Source: an uncultured Eubacteriales bacterium
GTDB taxonomy: Bacteria > Bacillota > Clostridia > Oscillospirales > Oscillospiraceae
Assembly: GCA_949293985.1 (NCBI GenBank)
Contig: CASFFN010000007.1
Span: 20,619-84,618, forward strand
Direction: 5' to 3'
Length of the DNA stretch: 64,000 nucleotides
This document shows positions 61,660-64,000 of the stretch, one piece after another. The notes beneath the pieces were generated by a model that did no database searches, was not told the DNA's origin, and saw only the letters and a list, made by a program, of their open reading frames with translations. Positions within the stretch are counted from its first letter, which is position 1. Each line of letters starts with the position of its first letter. Both the position numbers and the translations under genes were made by a program.

Positions 61660-62844
61660 ATGGAAAAGTTTGAACTGAAATACGGCTGTAACCCCAACCA
61701 GAAGCCTGCGCAGATTTATATGCGGGATGGCAGTCAGCTGCCTATTGAAATTCTCTGCGGAAGACCCGGCTATATCAACTTTCTGGATGCCTTCAACTCC
61801 TGGCAGCTGGTGAAGGAACTGAAGGAGGCTCTGGGCCTGCCTGCGGTTACTTCCTTTAAGCATGTCAGCCCCACTTCTGCGGCTGTGGGCATTCCTCTGC
61901 CGGACAAGCTGAAGAAGGCCTGCTTCGTGGATGATATTGCGGGTCTGGATGAAAGCCCCCTGGCCTGTGCCTATGCCAGAGCCAGAGGCACCGACAGAAT
62001 GTGTTCCTTCGGTGACTGGGTGGCCCTGTCCGATGTGTGTGACGAGGTGACTGCCAAGCTGGTGCAGCGGGAGGTGTCCGACGGAATTATCGCTCCCGGC
62101 TATACGGAAAAGGCTCTGGAAATCCTGAAAACCAAGCGGAAGGGAAACTATAACATTGTAAAGATTGACCCCAATTATGTGCCTGAGGAGATTGAGCGGA
62201 AGCAGGTCTTTGGCATTACCTTCCAGCAGGGGCGGAATAATTTTAAGATTGACGAGGCTCTGCTGAGCAATTTGGTTACCGCCAATAAGGTGCTGCCGGA
62301 GGAGGCAAAGCGGGATTTGATTATCTCTTTGATTACCCTGAAGTACACCCAGTCCAACTCTGTCTGCTTTGCTTATGACGGGCAGGCCATCGGTGTGGGA
62401 GCCGGACAGCAGTCCCGGATTCACTGCACCCGTCTGGCCGGCAGCAAGGCGGATACCTGGTTCCTGCGGCAGTACGACAAGGTGCTGAATCTGCCCTTCC
62501 GGGAGGATTTGAGCCGTCCCAACCGGGACAATGTGATTGACGGTTATATCAACCAGAACGAGGAGGATGTGTGCGCCGAGGGCAACTGGCAGAAGTACTT
62601 TACCAGCCGTCCGGAGCCTCTGACTCAGGAAGAAAAGCAGGCCTACCTTGCTACCATTTCCGGCGTAAGCCTTGGCTCTGATGCTTTCTTCCCCTTCTCT
62701 GACAACATCGAGCGGGCGCACCGCAGCGGTGTCAGCTACATTGCCGAGCCCGGCGGCTCCATTCGGGACGATTTGGTGATTGCCTGTGCCGATAGCTACA
62801 ACATGGTGATGGCCTTTACCGGTATGCGGCTTTTCCATCATTAA
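61660..62844 (+). CDS. purH: AICAR formyltransferase (PurH C-terminal domain only; no MGS-like IMPCH domain)
   Basis: 394 aa starting at the AICARFT domain (LKYGCNPNQKPAQIY), with SFKHVSPTSAAVG, GAGQQSRIHC and EPGGSIRDD motifs. Confidence 0.88.
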   Translation: MEKFELKYGCNPNQKPAQIYMRDGSQLPIEILCGRPGYINFLDAFNSWQLVKELKEALGLPAVTSFKHVSPTSAAVGIPLPDKLKKACFVDDIAGLDESPLACAYARARGTDRMCSFGDWVALSDVCDEVTAKLVQREVSDGIIAPGYTEKALEILKTKRKGNYNIVKIDPNYVPEEIERKQVFGITFQQGRNNFKIDEALLSNLVTANKVLPEEAKRDLIISLITLKYTQSNSVCFAYDGQAIGVGAGQQSRIHCTRLAGSKADTWFLRQYDKVLNLPFREDLSRPNRDNVIDGYINQNEEDVCAEGNWQKYFTSRPEPLTQEEKQAYLATISGVSLGSDAFFPFSDNIERAHRSGVSYIAEPGGSIRDDLVIACADSYNMVMAFTGMRLFHH

Positions 62845-62856
62845 GGGAGCGTTTGT

Positions 62857-64000
62857 ATGAAGATTTTAGTTGTGGGCGGCGGCGGCCGGGAGCACGCCAT
62901 CATTAAAAAACTGAAAGAGAATCCCCAGGTTACGGAGATTTTCGCCCTTCCCGGCAACGGCGGCATTGCCGCTGACGCAGTCTGTGTGAATATCGGTGCC
63001 AAGGATATTCCCCAGATTGTAGAGTTTGCAGTCTCCCGTGGGGTGGATTACGCTGTGGTTGCGCCGGACGATCCTCTGGTTTTGGGAGCTGTGGATGCCC
63101 TGGAGGAGAAGGGAATCCCCTGCTTCGGTCCCAGAGCCAATGCCGCCATCATTGAAGGCAGCAAGGTTTTTGCCAAGGATTTGATGAAGAAATACCATAT
63201 TCCTACCGCCAGGTATGAAGTGTTCACGGATATGGAAGCTGCCCTTCGGTATCTGGATACGGCTCCGGTGCCCACGGTTATCAAGGCAGACGGCCTGGCT
63301 TTGGGTAAGGGTGTTATCATTGCCCAGACCCGTCAGGAGGCCAAGGAGGCCGTCCAGTCCATGATGCAGGACAAGGTGTTTGGAAAGAGCGGCGACCAAA
63401 TTGTGATTGAGGAATTTCTCACCGGTCCCGAGGTTTCCGTTTTGTCCTTCACCGACGGAGAAACGGTGGTTCCCATGATTTCTTCCATGGATCACAAGCG
63501 GGCAGGGGACGGAGATACGGGTCTCAATACCGGCGGTATGGGAACGGTCGCTCCCAATCCTTACTACACTGCGGATATTGCCCAGCGGTGTATGGAGGAG
63601 ATTTTTCTTCCCACCATCCGCGCTATGAAGGCGGAGGGGAGAACCTTCCGGGGCTGCCTGTACTTTGGACTGATGCTTACCCCCAACGGCCCCAAGGTCA
63701 TTGAATACAACTGCCGTTTTGGCGATCCTGAAACCCAGGTGGTACTGCCCCTGCTGGAGAGCGACCTGCTGACCATTATGCAGGCAACCACCAAGGGCAC
63801 CCTGGCGCAAACGGAGGTAAAATTCCAGGACGCCCACGCCTGTTGCGTCATTTTGGCTTCCAAGGGCTATCCAACGGCCTATGAGAAGGGTTATCCCATT
63901 TCTATCCCCGGGGAAATTACTTCTCATGTGTATGTGGCAGGCGCGGCCCAAAAGGATGGGCAGCTGGTTACCTCCGGTGGCCGTGTTCTGGGTGTGACTG
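62857..64000 (+). CDS. purD: Phosphoribosylamine--glycine ligase (3'-truncated by the window end)
   Basis: Not in the ORF track because it is open at the window end. My translation from ATG 62857 (AAGGGAG RBS) gives MKILVVGGGGREHAIIKKLKENPQVTEIFALPGNGG... through ...DGQLVTSGGRVLGV. Confidence 0.92.
   Translation, partial: MKILVVGGGGREHAIIKKLKENPQVTEIFALPGNGGIAADAVCVNIGAKDIPQIVEFAVSRGVDYAVVAPDDPLVLGAVDALEEKGIPCFGPRANAAIIEGSKVFAKDLMKKYHIPTARYEVFTDMEAALRYLDTAPVPTVIKADGLALGKGVIIAQTRQEAKEAVQSMMQDKVFGKSGDQIVIEEFLTGPEVSVLSFTDGETVVPMISSMDHKRAGDGDTGLNTGGMGTVAPNPYYTADIAQRCMEEIFLPTIRAMKAEGRTFRGCLYFGLMLTPNGPKVIEYNCRFGDPETQVVLPLLESDLLTIMQATTKGTLAQTEVKFQDAHACCVILASKGYPTAYEKGYPISIPGEITSHVYVAGAAQKDGQLVTSGGRVLGVT

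Noticed and set aside
1-64000. A window-wide look for mobile elements, prophage genes, CRISPR-Cas, restriction-modification, toxin-antitoxin pairs, retrons/DGRs (reverse transcriptase), tRNA and rRNA genes.
   Set aside because: No ORF shows integrase, transposase, RT, Cas, methylase-endonuclease or phage structural motifs. No spaced direct-repeat array or cloverleaf-like intergenic sequence was seen. The only mobile-element-like signal is the 95-nt repeat reported above.

Overview
64-kb chromosomal window with high G+C (coding lines I hand-counted are about 55-73%). It has strong GGAGG-type RBSs, a long Bacillus-type SRP RNA directly upstream of dnaX-ybaB-recR, and queA-tgt-yajC synteny. These point to Firmicutes/Clostridia, plausibly an Oscillospiraceae/Ruminococcaceae-like gut anaerobe; the taxon is inference only. 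I call 62 protein-coding genes (2 cut by the window edges), 1 ncRNA (SRP RNA), 1 ZTP/pfl-class riboswitch, and several promoters, terminators and small repeats. Most of the window is housekeeping: tandem LCP genes, pncB, SRP RNA-dnaX-ybaB-recR, dapA, queA-tgt-yajC, GntR-aconitase-isocitrate dehydrogenase, a xanthine-dehydrogenase-family operon with MocA and an ABC importer, rplM-rpsI, ttcA, dus, a pyrC-carB-pyrK-pyrD-pyrF-pyrE-pyrB operon, and a riboswitch-led purE-C-F-M-N-(purO-like)-H-D operon. I saw no tRNA, rRNA, CRISPR array, transposase, integrase, phage gene or recognisable defence system. I did not find a clear-cut novel system. The best candidates for a second look are: (i) a 1,903-aa membrane-anchored surface protein built around a PHP/CehA-type phosphoesterase core; (ii) a macro-HTH / unknown 184-aa / vWA three-gene operon; (iii) a 95-nt non-coding element found twice, each time right after a stop codon, one copy bounded by an inverted 18-mer; (iv) nucleotide-biosynthesis enzymes with unusual architecture: PurF without the Cys1 nucleophile, carB without carA, PyrB fused to only the Zn domain of PyrI, and a split PurH with a PurO-type cyclohydrolase. 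All family assignments come from reading motifs in the supplied translations; no database search was run.
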